Positions 1 through 13,999 of a stretch of 64,000 nt of DNA are shown piece by piece. Origin of the DNA: Octopus vulgaris (lineage: Eukaryota). The notes below the pieces were generated by a model, which was not told where the DNA came from, ran no database searches, and saw only the letters and a program-made list of their open reading frames with translations. Location: NCBI GenBank assembly GCA_951406725.2, contig OX597839.1, forward strand, positions 10,292,001 through 10,356,000, written 5' to 3'. The position numbers and the translations under genes were made by a program. Every line of letters starts with the position of its first letter. Within the stretch, counting starts at the first letter, position 1.

Positions 1-1500
1 GATCGTAGGGGTGTTAGATTATAAACAGAGAAATGATCTGCACAGCTCTCAGGGAGTACGAGGCGGTTTCAGGAGCGATGATTAACCAGGAAAAATCAGT
101 AAGCTTGCGTCTCGGTACCTGGAGAAGCAAGTTCCTGCTGTCGAACTGAGACGTTGGGCGCTGGACGGAGGGGCCGGTTAAATTGCTCGGGGTCTGGTTC
201 GGTCCGGACCTCCAGATGGACAAAATCTGGGACGAGGTAACGAGTAGCGTGACTACTCTCACCCAGAAATGGGCTGAGAGAAAGCTATCCCGGGAAGGTT
301 GGGCAGAGGTGGCTAACGCGTATATCGCGTCCGTTATCTACTATCGCTTGACCATCGTACCTTGCCCCGGTTTGATTTCGCTGGAGTGTATACTCTTCTG
401 CTTCTTGTGGAAGGGACGCATCTCGATGATCAGGTGGTCTATCTGCTGTCCAACATCCGCTGGGTGCTGGCTTGGGCTTGCCGTGGTCGATGATTCGCAG
501 ACATGCAACGAGACTACATTTCCATCGCTTCCTTGACGGTGAACAGGTGTGGTCGCCGTTCGCCAGACACATATTTCCGCAGCTAGTTTCCCCAACAGAG
601 CTGCAGTCCTGGGTAAAACAGAGACCGATGGGGAGCAATTGGAAAGTGGAATGACTTCAAGCGCTCGCAGCCCTGAGTCAATCGGAACGTCCACTTTTAT
701 AGAGGATTAGTGGAAGGAAAATGCGACGACGTTCTTGGGCGTCGAAGAAGATCAGCCGGTCACTCTTTTCCGAAGAACTTTCGGGCTGGGACCGTTGGAT
801 AATTTCCAAAGTCTCTGGTCTGGCAGTGCTACCGGGGAGCTTTGCCTGTTCGAGATAAACTTTACAGGCGGCTGAGCGTGTCCGAGATGCGCGCAGGACG
901 ACGAGACGGTCCTGCATACACTTGTCGAGTGTCCGAGCATTCCTGACCTGTGGGTTCATGTCGAACACCTGCTGTCGCGTGTAGGACGGATCCGGCTGTC
1001 AACTGAATCCATCGTGAAAAGCGCCCCGCTGCCTTCCTTAACTAGGAAGGAAAGGCTAGCGAACGAGTTTGTATGATGGATGAGATTGAAGGGGCTGGAG
1101 ACAAACACTTTTCTCTTTGGCCAATCCCTAATCAACTTCTTGAAGTTTCACTTGAAAAGAAAAATAAGAGTAGAGAGGGAAGCGTTGTCTTCTAACCAGT
1201 TTGCTGAAAGGTGGATGGAAGTGGTGAGAATGATGCGAGTGAACGGACCTGCCCTGAGCATACGCCTGTAGTTGAAAAAAAGGTAAAAAGGAAACTACCC
1301 CAAACGTCAGGGTACTCATGGTCTTTATGGGGTTTTTCCATGAGCAGCCCTCGAACATCTCCCAATTGAGGATTACACGTTCTTGACTTAAAAAAAAAAA
1401 ATTTTGTTAGTCTTCTTTACATGCAAAGTCCTCACAACACACAACACATTTTAAAAAATTTTCTCCTGTACACTCCATAATGTTTTTCTTAATGTAAACC
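1..1500 (+). mobile_element. L1/Tx1-clade LINE, decayed 3' part of ORF2 (post-RT region, CCHC zinc knuckle) plus 3' UTR
   Basis: Frameshifted translation LGVWFG...WAERKLSREGWAEVANAYIASVIYY resembles the L1/Tx1 YLG...LS..GR..L.N region; CPRCAQDDETVLHTLVEC zinc knuckle at about 879-930; stop near 1271; A-run at 1390-1401. Confidence 0.8.
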
Positions 1501-1506
1501 CTTGTA

Positions 1507-2798
1507 TCAGGTCATCCCATAAGTTCTGTCCGATTTTACCTTTTTAAAAATTGAATGAAATTTAATAGTATTTCAGAATGATTAATGGAATTAAAAATTA
1601 TTTTTATGCATTTGTGTACATTTAAACTAATTAAATATTATTTTACAGAATAATAGAATTTAAAATTCTTTGATTAAAATCCTTTCTAACGTGTAAGTAT
1701 CCAAAGAGCATTTGAGGCACATAATGTGTTATGAGTACAAAAAAGGAAACTCTGCAGCCGAAGCGACTCGAAACATACACTCAGTTTATGGGAAAGAATG
1801 CTCGAATGAAAGAACTTGCAGAAGATGGTTTGCAAAATTCATTAGTTGAGATTTCAACCTTGAAGATCGAACAACAATCGGACAGGACGTCCAGTTGAGT
1901 TTGATAATAAGCTCCTTGGGGTATTACTTGAAGAAAATCCTACATTATCAGTTGAAGAATTGGCAATAAAGTTTAGTTCAAACTATACAACTGTTCATCG
2001 TCATCTTCAACAACTTGGAAAGGTTCCTAAACTTGAAAAATGGGTGCCTCATGAATTGTCCGAAAGCAACCGTAAATCCCGAGTTGACATCTGCTCTTCT
2101 CTCCATTCTCGCAAATTCATTTCACCCTTATTTGTATAGACTTGTGACTGGTGACGAAAAATGGATCTTTTATCGAAATGTTAAACGTCGTAAACAGTGG
2201 CTTGGTAAAAGGGAAAAAGATCAACCACAACCGAGGAGGGAACTTCATGGGGAAAAAGGTTCTTCTCTCTATCTGTTGGGATTGCAAAGGAGTAAATCAC
2301 TTTATATTGTTACCACCTAATGCAACAATCAATGCTCAAGTCTACTGTCAGCAATTAGAGCGTTTGAACCAAGGTTTGAAGGAAAAAAGAGCCGCTTTAG
2401 TGAATCGAAAAGGAGCGATGTTTCATGAGGACAATGCACGACCCCACGCTGCAAAGATCACATCACAAGATGGAAGAGCTTGGTTGGGAAAAAATTCCTC
2501 ATCCACCTTATCCTCCCGACCTTGCACCTTCAAACTACCATTTGTTTCGTAGTTTACAGAATCATTTGGGGGACATAACTTTCGTAAACCGGGAGGAGGT
2601 CGAAACTCACATTTGAGGGTTCTTCGCTTTAAAACCCAAAAAGTTTTATATTGATTGGATTAAAAAGCCTGTAAATAGATGGAAGGAAGTCTTAGATAAT
2701 CAGGGAAATACATTGATGATTAAATTTCAATTAAATATAACATTTGATTACTTGTTTTCTTTATTCAAAATTCGGACAGAACTTATGGGATGACCTGA
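1507..2798 (+). mobile_element. Full-length mariner (Tc1/mariner) DNA transposon, 1292 bp
   Basis: Perfect 27-bp TIR tcaggtcatcccataagttctgtccga (1507-1533 / 2772-2798); TA target duplication at 1505-1506 and 2799-2800. Confidence 0.97.
1690..2725 (+). pseudogene. Mariner transposase pseudogene (frameshifts and stops)
   Basis: Motifs HLRHIMCYEYKKGNSAAEATRNI, WVPHEL (2041), TGDEKW, HEDNARPH and YPPDLAPSNYHLF are spread over several frames. Confidence 0.93.
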
Positions 2799-2812
2799 TA
2801 GTTAATAAAGAA

Positions 2813-2941
<129 letters not shown>

Positions 2942-2944
2942 GTT

Positions 2945-3160
2945 AAGGCGGTGAGTTGGCAGAATCGTTAGAACACCGGCCGAAATGCTTAGCAGTAGTT
3001 CATCTGCCGCTACGTTCTGAGTTCAAATTCCGCCGAGGTCGACTTTGCCTTTCATTCTTTAGCAGTCGATAAAATAAGTACCAGTTGTTCTCTGGAGTCG
3101 ATGTAATCGACTTAACCCCATTCCCAGAATGCTGCCCTTGTGGCAAAATTTGAAACCATC
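2945..3160 (+). mobile_element. SINE family B (head aaggcggcgagctggcagaa, body gcctttcatcctttcggggtcgataaattaagtacc)
   Basis: Pol III A-box-like and B-box (gagttcaaattcc) motifs; more than 12 related copies in the window. Confidence 0.8.
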
Positions 3161-3174
3161 ATTATTATTATTAT

Positions 3175-3325
3175 TGGCTTTGCACAGCTTTTAACGCTGG
3201 AGATATACTACGGTATCAGCTGTTCACTACCAATGAACTAAGGTAACACCTCTTATTTTTCGAGTACCTTCCGGAGTATTCGAGCGGTTCCAAGCAGTGC
3301 TGTTTTCTGCAAGTGCTCCACTCTT
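3175..3325 (-). mobile_element. R4/Dong-like non-LTR retrotransposon 3' end
   Basis: Minus strand reads RVEHLQKTALLGTARILRKVLEK*, then a UTR ending at (AAT)n; the same UTR recurs at about 22835-22925. Confidence 0.75.
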
Positions 3326-3464
3326 GTTGCAGCCCCTATTTGTTCCTTGTACATTATTATGGTGACAGTGTTGCACCCGGCAGGCGTAGAGATTTAGGTT
3401 CGGCTCCAGCCTGTCGATATCCAGAAAGGGACCACCACACACTGCGTAGATGGAACAAGCAAAT

Positions 3465-3532
3465 TCCCACGACAATATAGCCAGGCTTGTCCTTTGGACA
3501 CTTTGTAACAAGAATGGACTTGACAGAGCAAA
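3465..3532 (+). mobile_element. R4/Dong-like fragment (HD..A..L.W.LC region upstream of the RLE domain)
   Basis: HDNIARLVLWTLCNKNGLDRAK, abutting (ATT)n. Confidence 0.55.
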
Positions 3533-3533
3533 A

Positions 3534-3592
<59 letters not shown>

Positions 3593-3624
3593 TGCTGCTG
3601 TTGTTGTTATTGTTGTTGTTCTGA

Positions 3625-4090
3625 AAAACTCTCGGATAGTTCTTAATTACCGGTTATACTTTACTTGAAAGCAGGCAATAACAAATTACTAAAGGTTTCA
3701 AGTAGTACCTTCTCCTGTGACTCAAAGAGACAATACTTTCCTTAGAATGCATGCTTTACCTAACAATGCTGTCGTCTGCATCATCTCGAGCCTGATAGCA
3801 GCTCCAATATTCTTAACATATTTTTCAAAGCCCTTGGAAACTGTTCCTAATGCTCCAATTACTACCGGTTTCACATTAATTTCGCCATGCCCCATAACTT
3901 TCCTGTCTCGTTTCATAGTGGCTGGTATTTCTAAATCTTTTCTGTTTCCTTACATTCCATCCTTGAATCGCCTGGTATTACATTTATTATCTTTACTTCA
4001 TTTTCATCCGTATGGACGAGCACGATATCTGGTCGTTTCGCCTCTATGACTTGGTTGCGTCGCATGTTAGAATCCCAGAGTATTTTGTAA
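3625..4090 (-). mobile_element. R4/Dong-like LINE, C-terminus of the restriction-like endonuclease plus 3' UTR
   Basis: ORF 3722-3916 VKPVVIGALGTVSKGFEKYVKNIG...LLGKACILRKVL; an RPDIV-like motif upstream near 4020-4040. Confidence 0.8.
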
Positions 4091-4094
4091 TGTT

Positions 4095-4292
4095 AAGGCG
4101 GCGAGCTGGCAGAATCGTTACCACGTCGGGCATAGTGTCTGCCCATACGATCCGAGATCAAATTCCCCCGAGGTCACCTTTGCCTTTCATCCTTTCGGGG
4201 TCGATTAAATAAGTACCATTTACGTACTGGGGCCGATGTAATCAACTTAATTCTTACCCCAAATTTGAGCCCTTGTGCTTCCATTAGAAAGA

Positions 4293-4295
<3 letters not shown>
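4095..4295 (+). mobile_element. SINE family B copy
   Basis: Same head and body as 2945-3160, followed by (ATT)n. Confidence 0.8.
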
Positions 4296-4349
<54 letters not shown>

Positions 4350-4749
4350 TGCATAGCCACCTTCTGTTTATGATGCGAAGTTAAAGATCTTTTGCTCAGT
4401 CCTTTTAATCTTGACTGAGCAAACCTTTAGTCATTAATATTCCTGACCGTCCGTCCTGCCGTTTTGGGGGTCACCTACGAGCACATTGTTCGATGTACCC
4501 TCTTGTTTTAAAAAGATAACGTTTAATTTGAGAGAGATTAATAATTAGCTGCTATTTCTAGCAGATCGAGCGTCTCCGTAGAGGCTTCCTCGCTGGTTCG
4601 TTTTTAAATAGGTGTAATTATATATGAGTCTCGACAGCTAATCGCCAAGAACACTAAAAGATGTATCAGGTGAGGAATGCAACAAAGAATTATTAGTTTT
4701 AAAACTGTCTTCGATAAATCGACTTTGATCTGTGGGAAAAAAATTAAAG

Positions 4750-5489
4750 TGTTTATTTATTAATTTAAATAACCGACTTCGAGAAAATGATAGTTTCACA
4801 TTCTCCATAATTGTGAGTCCACTTCCGGTCTCTCCATCTTTCTGAAATACGCCATTTTATGCTTGCATTATTTTCTTTTGCGCTTGTCAATGGTCTCTGT
4901 GTTTTTGAGTTTGAGTTGTGTGAGAGTGTGAGTGTGAGTGTGAGTGTGTGTGTGTGTGTGTGTCTGCGTGTGTGTGTATATGTATGTGCATACGTGTTTC
5001 TGTATTTATAATTATAATTATCAAGTTTTAGTAGTGAAGAAAGTATTTTGCGTCTTTTCGCTTGCCTTTCGTATTCTTGTGTAAGCACACACATATACAT
5101 ACATACATACATATATATATATGTACACATATATATATATATATGTGTGTGTGTGTGTATGTATGTATATATATATGTATGTATGTATATGAAGAATTTC
5201 TCTTGATTAAAAGAGAATATCGTTTATTGCTTTGATACGTTTTTGTTTTCAATGTTTCCATATATTTGGAAAGATATCTGTGAAACACCCGCGTCGAATT
5301 GATCAAGGCAATATATTTAAAGAAAAAATTTGTCTCTTGAGAAATTCATTGTCAATAATTAATAGTTCGGTGATTGTTCACGAGAAAATTTTAATATCTT
5401 CCTCGAGTCAGCTGACATTGGCATTGGTCTGGAAATTTATTCGACTTGACTGAATCGTAGAAATTCTTCAATTGAATGTCGATGTTTAC
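4750..5489 (-). other. Putative terminal exon of a spliced minus-strand transcript
   Basis: Minus-strand acceptor tactaaac...gttttctgtttattattgcAG|gtaaac (AG = 5491-5490); AATAAA at 4757-4752; non-repetitive sequence apart from microsatellites. Confidence 0.4.
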
Positions 5490-5689
5490 CTGCAATAATA
5501 AACAGAAAACACAGTAGTTTAGTAGAAAATAATGTTGGTCGCGTTCTTTCTTAATACATGTGTGTGTTATGTGCGTCTTCGTGTTTTTGTTTGTCTCTCA
5601 ATTATGTTTGTCTCTCAATTCTGACCGCCATTGTTACTTACGTCCCCTTTACTTAGCGGTTCGACAAAAGATCTGATAAAATAAGTTTG

Positions 5690-6170
5690 ATGCAGTACCA
5701 GGCAGTGGCTCTAATGGCTTCTGATCTTAACTGATTGGAAGTGTTATCATGTACATTGTTTTGTCTTGGTATAAAAGATGGGCTACAGCAAATATTCTGC
5801 TCTATATCACACATTTACTTGTCAGTTGCTTGACCGTAAGCATTTGAGCATGTCCCCTGGTGGCTGACGATATGTGCATCTCCGACCACGAGCAGTAGTA
5901 GTGGGGGAGCATCATAGCCAAGTGTCGAGATGAATTCTTTGGGGTTTGAATAATTCATCTCTGGAAACATGGGTGTTTCGTTCAACATCTTTAAACAACC
6001 CTTATTCAGGGACCTTTTGAGCTGGATGGGTTACTCTAACTGAGCCCCACCTGCAAAGTCATGCGCTATTTATCTTGATATGAGATCACCATGTCGCGCA
6101 CATATGGTTGTGATGCATGTGCCTAGAGTACCCTTATCAGACAGGTAGTTATGATTGGTATACTGGGCTA
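5690..6170 (+). mobile_element. Interspersed repeat family C (probable retroposon)
   Basis: High similarity to 20884-21220 (+, ends in (AAT)n) and 45150-45400 (-). Confidence 0.75.
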
Positions 6171-6412
6171 TATATATACACATAAACAAATACACAGACA
6201 CAGACACACAGACGCACAGACACATACACACATATAAACACACACATATATACACATACACAAACAAATACACACACGCAGACAGATACAGACACACAAA
6301 CATACACACATACATACACTAATATACATGTATATGGATTATTTATGAATATATAATATGCAGTATGATCTTTCAGTTTTAACCTCCGTTCCTCCTTTCA
6401 CACATTCTACAT

Positions 6413-6597
6413 ATAAATATTTCTTTATTGCCCACAAGGGGCTAAACATAGAGGGAACAAACAAAGGCAGGCAAAGGGATTATGTCGATTACATCGACCC
6501 CAGTACGTAATCGGTACTTTATTTATCGACCCCGAAAGGATGAAAGGCAAAGTCGACCTCGGCGGAATTTGAACTCATAACGTAACGGCAGACGAAA
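6413..6597 (-). mobile_element. SINE family B, headless copy with the tail ...agccccttgtgggcaataaagaaat
   Basis: Reverse complement matches the family B body and tail type 1. Confidence 0.8.
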
Positions 6598-7319
6598 TAT
6601 ATAGAGAATTGGCAAATATGTAGCTTGCCGTATAGAAACCTCGCTACATTTCTCCCGCCTCTCCGTACTCTGAGTTTATACTCCGACAGGATGAGTTTTT
6701 TCCTTTTCCCTTGATCGGAGCCACTGGCAGTTTATTCGCAGAACAGGTTGAAAATCAGATGGGAGACGTAGCGACATCTGACCCTGCTCCTTTTAATTGC
6801 TAACACTTAACCCCTGCTATGACACAGGTACCAAGCTGTAACATTTCTTGGATAATATCTGTGATGCTGTGAAAAAACTTGGCTGCGCAGATCATTACTG
6901 GTCTTTCATGTTCCACGTTGCCGATTTCTACGTCTTCCAAAGGTTTTTCGTTTTTTCTCATGAAGTATACGGTGGTCTTGGACACTGAGGTATCCACAAT
7001 CGAGATGCTTCCTCCTGATAAAAGGATAAATCTTATCTCAGACACTAGTGGCACCACAGAGTGAATTGTATATAAAACAAAAAATGTAAAATGTCGCCTA
7101 AGTTCCGTGACGCTGTTGCTTTTGCTGTCTCTTTTGTTGTTGCTGTTGTTTTTATTGCGGTTGCTGCTGTCTCCTCCTCCTCCTCTAGAGCTTTCTGGGA
7201 CAAAATCACTATTGTTCGACCATCACTCTAGTATTCCAGCGCTCCACACGGGAGGCGTTGGCATATTACATGCAAATCTATTATCTAACATCATCCATTA
7301 TTTGTAAGATGGAGCGTGA

Positions 7320-7620
7320 CGGGGTAAAAGTAAGAGATAGATAGAGAGGTGGAGGAAGAGGAGGAGGAGGAGGAGGAGGAAGAGAGAGAATGTTAGAGTG
7401 ATAGAAGGGGATAGGGTGAGAGAAAGATTGAAAGAGTGATGGAAAGGATGACAGATGGAGAGTGAGAGAGAGAGAATGCATGTTAGAAAGCGATTGCCTT
7501 TGTAATAGCATTAATGAGAGAGGAAGGAAAAGAGCGAGTAAGAAGTAAAGAGAGTGAAAGGGGTAGAGGGGAGAAGAGAGAGCGAGAAAGAGAAGGAGAA
7601 ATAAAGAGAGTAAGAGTTCC
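7320..7620. repeat. Purine-rich (GA/GGA) low-complexity tract
   Basis: Direct inspection. Confidence 0.8.
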
Positions 7621-7768
7621 AAGGGGTTGCGCTTTATAATCGATCACATTCGTAGCGCTGCCCCCAATGGCGACAAAGGAAATGTTTCGATGGCTCGTAA
7701 CATGTAAACGTTAATAGGTGCCATGAGTATGAAAAGTAGAAAAACTATTGGCAAATCACATGAGTTAC

Positions 7769-7915
7769 CTTGTAGTGTCGAGTTCAAGTCCTGGGGGTAG
7801 CTTCTTGCTGGTGTAGAAAGGAAGAGTCTTTATATTTTTGAAGAACTGAAGTTTTATTTCCATAACTCATGACAACGTCTGTTTCCAAATATTGCGCAGA
7901 CGACCACCCAGACAC
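7769..7915 (-). other. Putative upstream exon of the same minus-strand transcript; contains short ORF MEIKLQFFKNIKTLPFYTSKKLPPGLELDTT(R) starting at 7863
   Basis: Donor caag|GTaact (GT = 7768-7767); unique sequence immediately downstream of a (CT)n tract. Confidence 0.4.
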
Positions 7916-7924
7916 AGAGAGAGT

Positions 7925-7979
<55 letters not shown>

Positions 7980-8235
7980 AATGAAGGAGAAGATATTGAG
8001 TGAGAGAGAGGTTGTGGAGAGGTGTTGAATGTCTTGTTGGGCAACAAGAAACTATCAACAGTCAATCAAACAACTATAGTGTTGTTATAGATAGCTATTC
8101 AGGGTGAGGGTCGGGAAGTAAGCACAGAGTGAATGAGGGATAGATTAAAATATAGTTAGAGAGAAAGAGAAAGAGAGAGAGAGAGAGGAGCATTTGTAAG
8201 AGATATTAAGTAAAAAGATGGCGGCTGAGAGAAGA

Positions 8236-8244
8236 TCACGTGAC
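8236..8244. promoter_or_regulatory. E-box TCACGTGAC (bHLH-ZIP type) upstream of the putative first exon
   Basis: Motif match in unique sequence; function untested. Confidence 0.25.
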
Positions 8245-8324
8245 TGTCGGCACAATGCAATTCGAATCTGAGCTTTTATTTTCCTCACTTCTTTTCCTTC
8301 AGTTACTTTTTTTCTCTTGAAGTG

Positions 8325-9760
<1,436 letters not shown>

Positions 9761-10171
9761 CAGCCTCCCGTCTACCCCCCTCTCTTTCACTTTCTTCTCC
9801 CGCTCCCAGTTAATTGTTTTAGCAGAAGATATGGTGTATAATTATACAAAGAAAATTATTGTTTCTTGTAAAAGAAAAAAATACGAAGGAGAAAGAAGAG
9901 GAAGAAGAAAAAGAAGAAGGAAAAGAATAAGAAGAAAAACTACAACAGCAACAACAACAACAGCAGTAGCAATATGACGACAAAAAAAGAAAAAAATTAA
10001 AGGAGACGTTCCTCCCATCCACTCACCCACCCACCACTTCTACCAACTCCAAGAATAAAATGAAGGAGAAAAGACACCCCCCTCTCTCTCTTCATCTCTC
10101 TCAGTCATTGCAATCCCCCCCCCCTGATAAAATGGAAGAAGAAACCCAAAAAACGAAGGCATGAAAGGAAA

Positions 10172-10202
<31 letters not shown>

Positions 10203-10669
10203 GAGCAATCCAAGACATTTCTTTTTGGCAATTTGAGTGGTGGTGGTGGTGGTGGTGTAGCCAGGGTGTGTGGTGGTAGTGGTGATGGTGGTGGTGGTGG
10301 TGTAGTGGTGGTGGTGAGGGTGGCGGCGGCGAGAACGGCGGCGGGGGACGCGCTGGCAGCAAGTGACATCCATGTCAGAGTAATAATAAATAGACGATGG
10401 TTAAATGTGTCTGAAATGGAGAGGAATCCGGATGAATGTAGAACGTTGGCTTGTTGGCTGGCTGGCTGGCTGGATGGTTGGGTAGTTTGGTTATTGTGTT
10501 GGTGGATCACTTTACTATCCGAAAACATCGGCATACGATCATACCCCCACCCACCCCCACACACACATACGTAAACGTATATGCATATATATACACAAAT
10601 GTATACAAGCATGCAAATATACGCATACATATGCATACATATCTAGATTTATACATATATATCTATATA

Positions 10670-10831
10670 CGCGCAGGAGTGGCTGTGTGGTAAGTAGCTT
10701 GCTTACCAACCACATGGTTCCGGCTTCAGTCCCACTGCGTGGCACCTTGGGCAAGTGTCTTCTACTATAGTCTCGGGCCGACCAAAGCCTTCTGAGTAGA
10801 TTTGGTAGACGGAAACTGAAAGAAACCCGTC

Positions 10832-10882
<51 letters not shown>

Positions 10883-11080
10883 CAAAATAATCTGTTGTAA
10901 TACTTACAACATTTAATAAAATGATGTAGTGCGAAACAATTGTACCAAATTACCGGAGTCATTCTTGTTGCTTATTTTGATTATAATCACCCCACAAATT
11001 TTTATGGATAACACCATACAAAATTCTGGTGCATCTAAATTAAGTACCATATTCATTCGAATCTAAATTTTTGCTGAACT

Positions 11081-11154
<74 letters not shown>

Positions 11155-11362
11155 TGTGTGTCTGTGTTTGTCTCCCCAACATCGCTTGACAACCGATGCT
11201 GGTGTGTTTACGTCCCCGTCACCTAGTGGTTCGGCAAGAGATACCGATAGAATAAGTACTAGGCTTACAAAGAATAAGTCGTGGGGTCGATTTGCTCGAC
11301 TAAAGGCGGTGCTCCAGCATGGCCGCAGTCAAATGACTGAAACAAATAAAAGAATAAAAGAA
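10670..11362 (+). mobile_element. SINE family A (tRNA-like head gcaggagtggctgtgtggtaag, CORE-like ccttgggcaag, internal (TA)n, LINE-like tail), interrupted by a ~200-bp insert at 10881-11080
   Basis: A/B-box-like head; about 15 full or partial copies in the window; resembles octopus OR-type SINEs (from recall, not a search). Confidence 0.85.
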
Positions 11363-11799
11363 TGTGTATAAACGCACACATATTTATATATTATACAAAC
11401 ACATGCATATGTATACATAAACACACACGCACGCACACATATGAGAGGTTATGGTATCCAAAATATATATATATAAATACCCACATACACACACATATAT
11501 ATGTATAACACAAACACACGCACACATATTATGGAGTTGTATATTCTTGGTTATGGCATATAACTGATTAGGTTGTTACCAAGGGTTTTGTAATTGGCGA
11601 TGTTGACAACTATTCAAACATGCCAGCCGGAAACGCATGGTCTCTTTTATACTAGGGGTAAATATAGTCTTGATTCGTTCGGTGCGAAAAGTTATAACAG
11701 TTTACGGGAGAAAGCGAAGAGTCCCGTCCCACAGTACGATGTCAGTTGTGGTCGAATAGGGTTACCAGTGCGAGTGTATATATTTTTGTTCTCTAGTCT

Positions 11800-12100
11800 G
11801 AGAAAGGGAACGACCACGTTGCTACAACAAATTTCTTTTCGTGGGCGCAGCAAAGAAATATTTCGCCTTTTGTGTTCAGGAAGGTGCCTGGATTGGATGA
11901 ATTGTGAATTGTTTAGAGCGATTCTCATCCCGGCGAAGTAAAGTTTGCAACGTTCACTTCCATTTAAATATGGTCCAATCTATTCCAGCAGTTTCCAATT
12001 GATTCTTTTACGGTGTTACTTCTTCTCTTAATCGCCATATATAGCTGGCCTATGTTGTAATTTTGCATCTCATAAATTCTGGAAGAGGACGTGATTATTT
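11800..12100 (-). mobile_element. Penelope-like element remnant (GIY-YIG endonuclease C-terminus)
   Basis: Minus strand NWKLLE*IGPYLNGSERCKLY resembles the PLE motif W.I...A..Y.NG...C.LC; similar to 49030-49260. Confidence 0.5.
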
Positions 12101-12141
12101 AGCCTGTCCTTTAGGGGCCTTCCGTTGCTTCAACATATTTC

Positions 12142-12172
<31 letters not shown>

Positions 12173-12907
12173 GTGTGTGCATGCACGCGGCCTTCCGTTG
12201 TTGTTGCACAACACTTTATCTACTGATTCTGCTTCGTAAACCATGGCTTCTCTTGCATCGTTCATTCATTGGCACTCACTGTTAAGCCTACATGACCATC
12301 GTGCCACTGCGTAGGGCTAAACTCTGTAAAGCAGTGCCCTAGTATGGCCGCCTTGCAATGACTGAAACAAGTACAAAAGTTATCAGGAGGGATGGAAAAT
12401 CTAACTTGAATGCTTGCAACAAAATGGGTTCCGTTAAAGGTACCCAAGAACCTTGGTACCTTTTAAGGTAACACCAAAGTGGTGTTTTACCGGCTTGTGG
12501 GATTTGAACGTAGAATACTAGGAGTTGGAAGAAATGCCACAAGTCAACTCGTTCGATAATTCTAACTATTCCACCAATCCACCACTTTAAAATAGTACTT
12601 TATTTATCGACCCTTGGAAATATGACAGGCTATGTTGACCTCGGCGTGATTTGAATCAGATCGCAAAAAGCCGGAATGAATACTGCAATCTCTTCTTGGT
12701 ATCTGCTACTGAGGAAGTCTAAAGAGCCAGAAACGCTCTTTAGAAGTTCGACAGAGGGCGACACTGAGTAGATAGGGTGTTTTTACACCATTTATCATAA
12801 GCGAGAATCTTGCCTCCGCGGTAAACTGCAGTGAAATTGCCTTTAGAAGTTAAAATACCTCTCAGATATATGTAACCTGCCCTAAAGGTTATTCATTTCT
12901 CATCAAT

Positions 12908-13394
<487 letters not shown>

Positions 13395-13999
13395 AATGTT
13401 TACCGCATTAATTAATATTATTCTCATTAATTAAGTAATGTAACCGAAATATACAAAAAGTAACAAATCTGAGATGTTTGATGAAGAAGTGAATGGTAGA
13501 CTGAGACCGTCGCCTGGTTTAGTACCATTGCTTCTCTTTCAAGTTCTTTTAGCTAAGTCCACCCTGAGGCTAGCATTAGACTCAGGTTTCCTACCTGAAG
13601 GTGACTTCTTTTTAGCAGTCACAGAGGCCCTCAAGGATAGCAAACTTATGATGTCGCTTAGTTGAATATCACCTCACTTGGTACTTGGATTCTTGTGGTA
13701 GAGGCTTATCTACAGCAGGTATTCGAGCCAAGAGTCTGATCTAAAGGTAACTTCCTACTTCAAGTTAAGGGGGCCCTGAAAAGGTTTCATAGGAGTTGCT
13801 CCTCCTCCCCTAAAGTCATTTAAAAAAACAGCTTTACAGAAGTGGATAAGTGAAGACACTCGATATGAAACGTTTTTTTTTCTTTTTTATCAATTCTCTT
13901 CTTTAATTCACGGTTTGATGCAAACCTGATAAGGATTTTCAATAGAGTTTTGCTGACAGTTGAAATTGGCTGTTACTTGTTATTGTTTATGCTGCCGTT

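Noticed and set aside
10040-10636. Long ORFs on both strands with poly-G/P/H runs
   Set aside because: Built from (GGT)n, (AAAG)n and (GGCT)n repeats with no recognisable domain; the unique spacers may be regulatory but I cannot support that
12708-12748. CTGAGGA...GAAAcgcTC hammerhead-like string
   Set aside because: Stems I and II do not pair convincingly
13474-13665. 63-aa ORF in unique-looking sequence
   Set aside because: No recognisable motif or splice context; probably decayed TE
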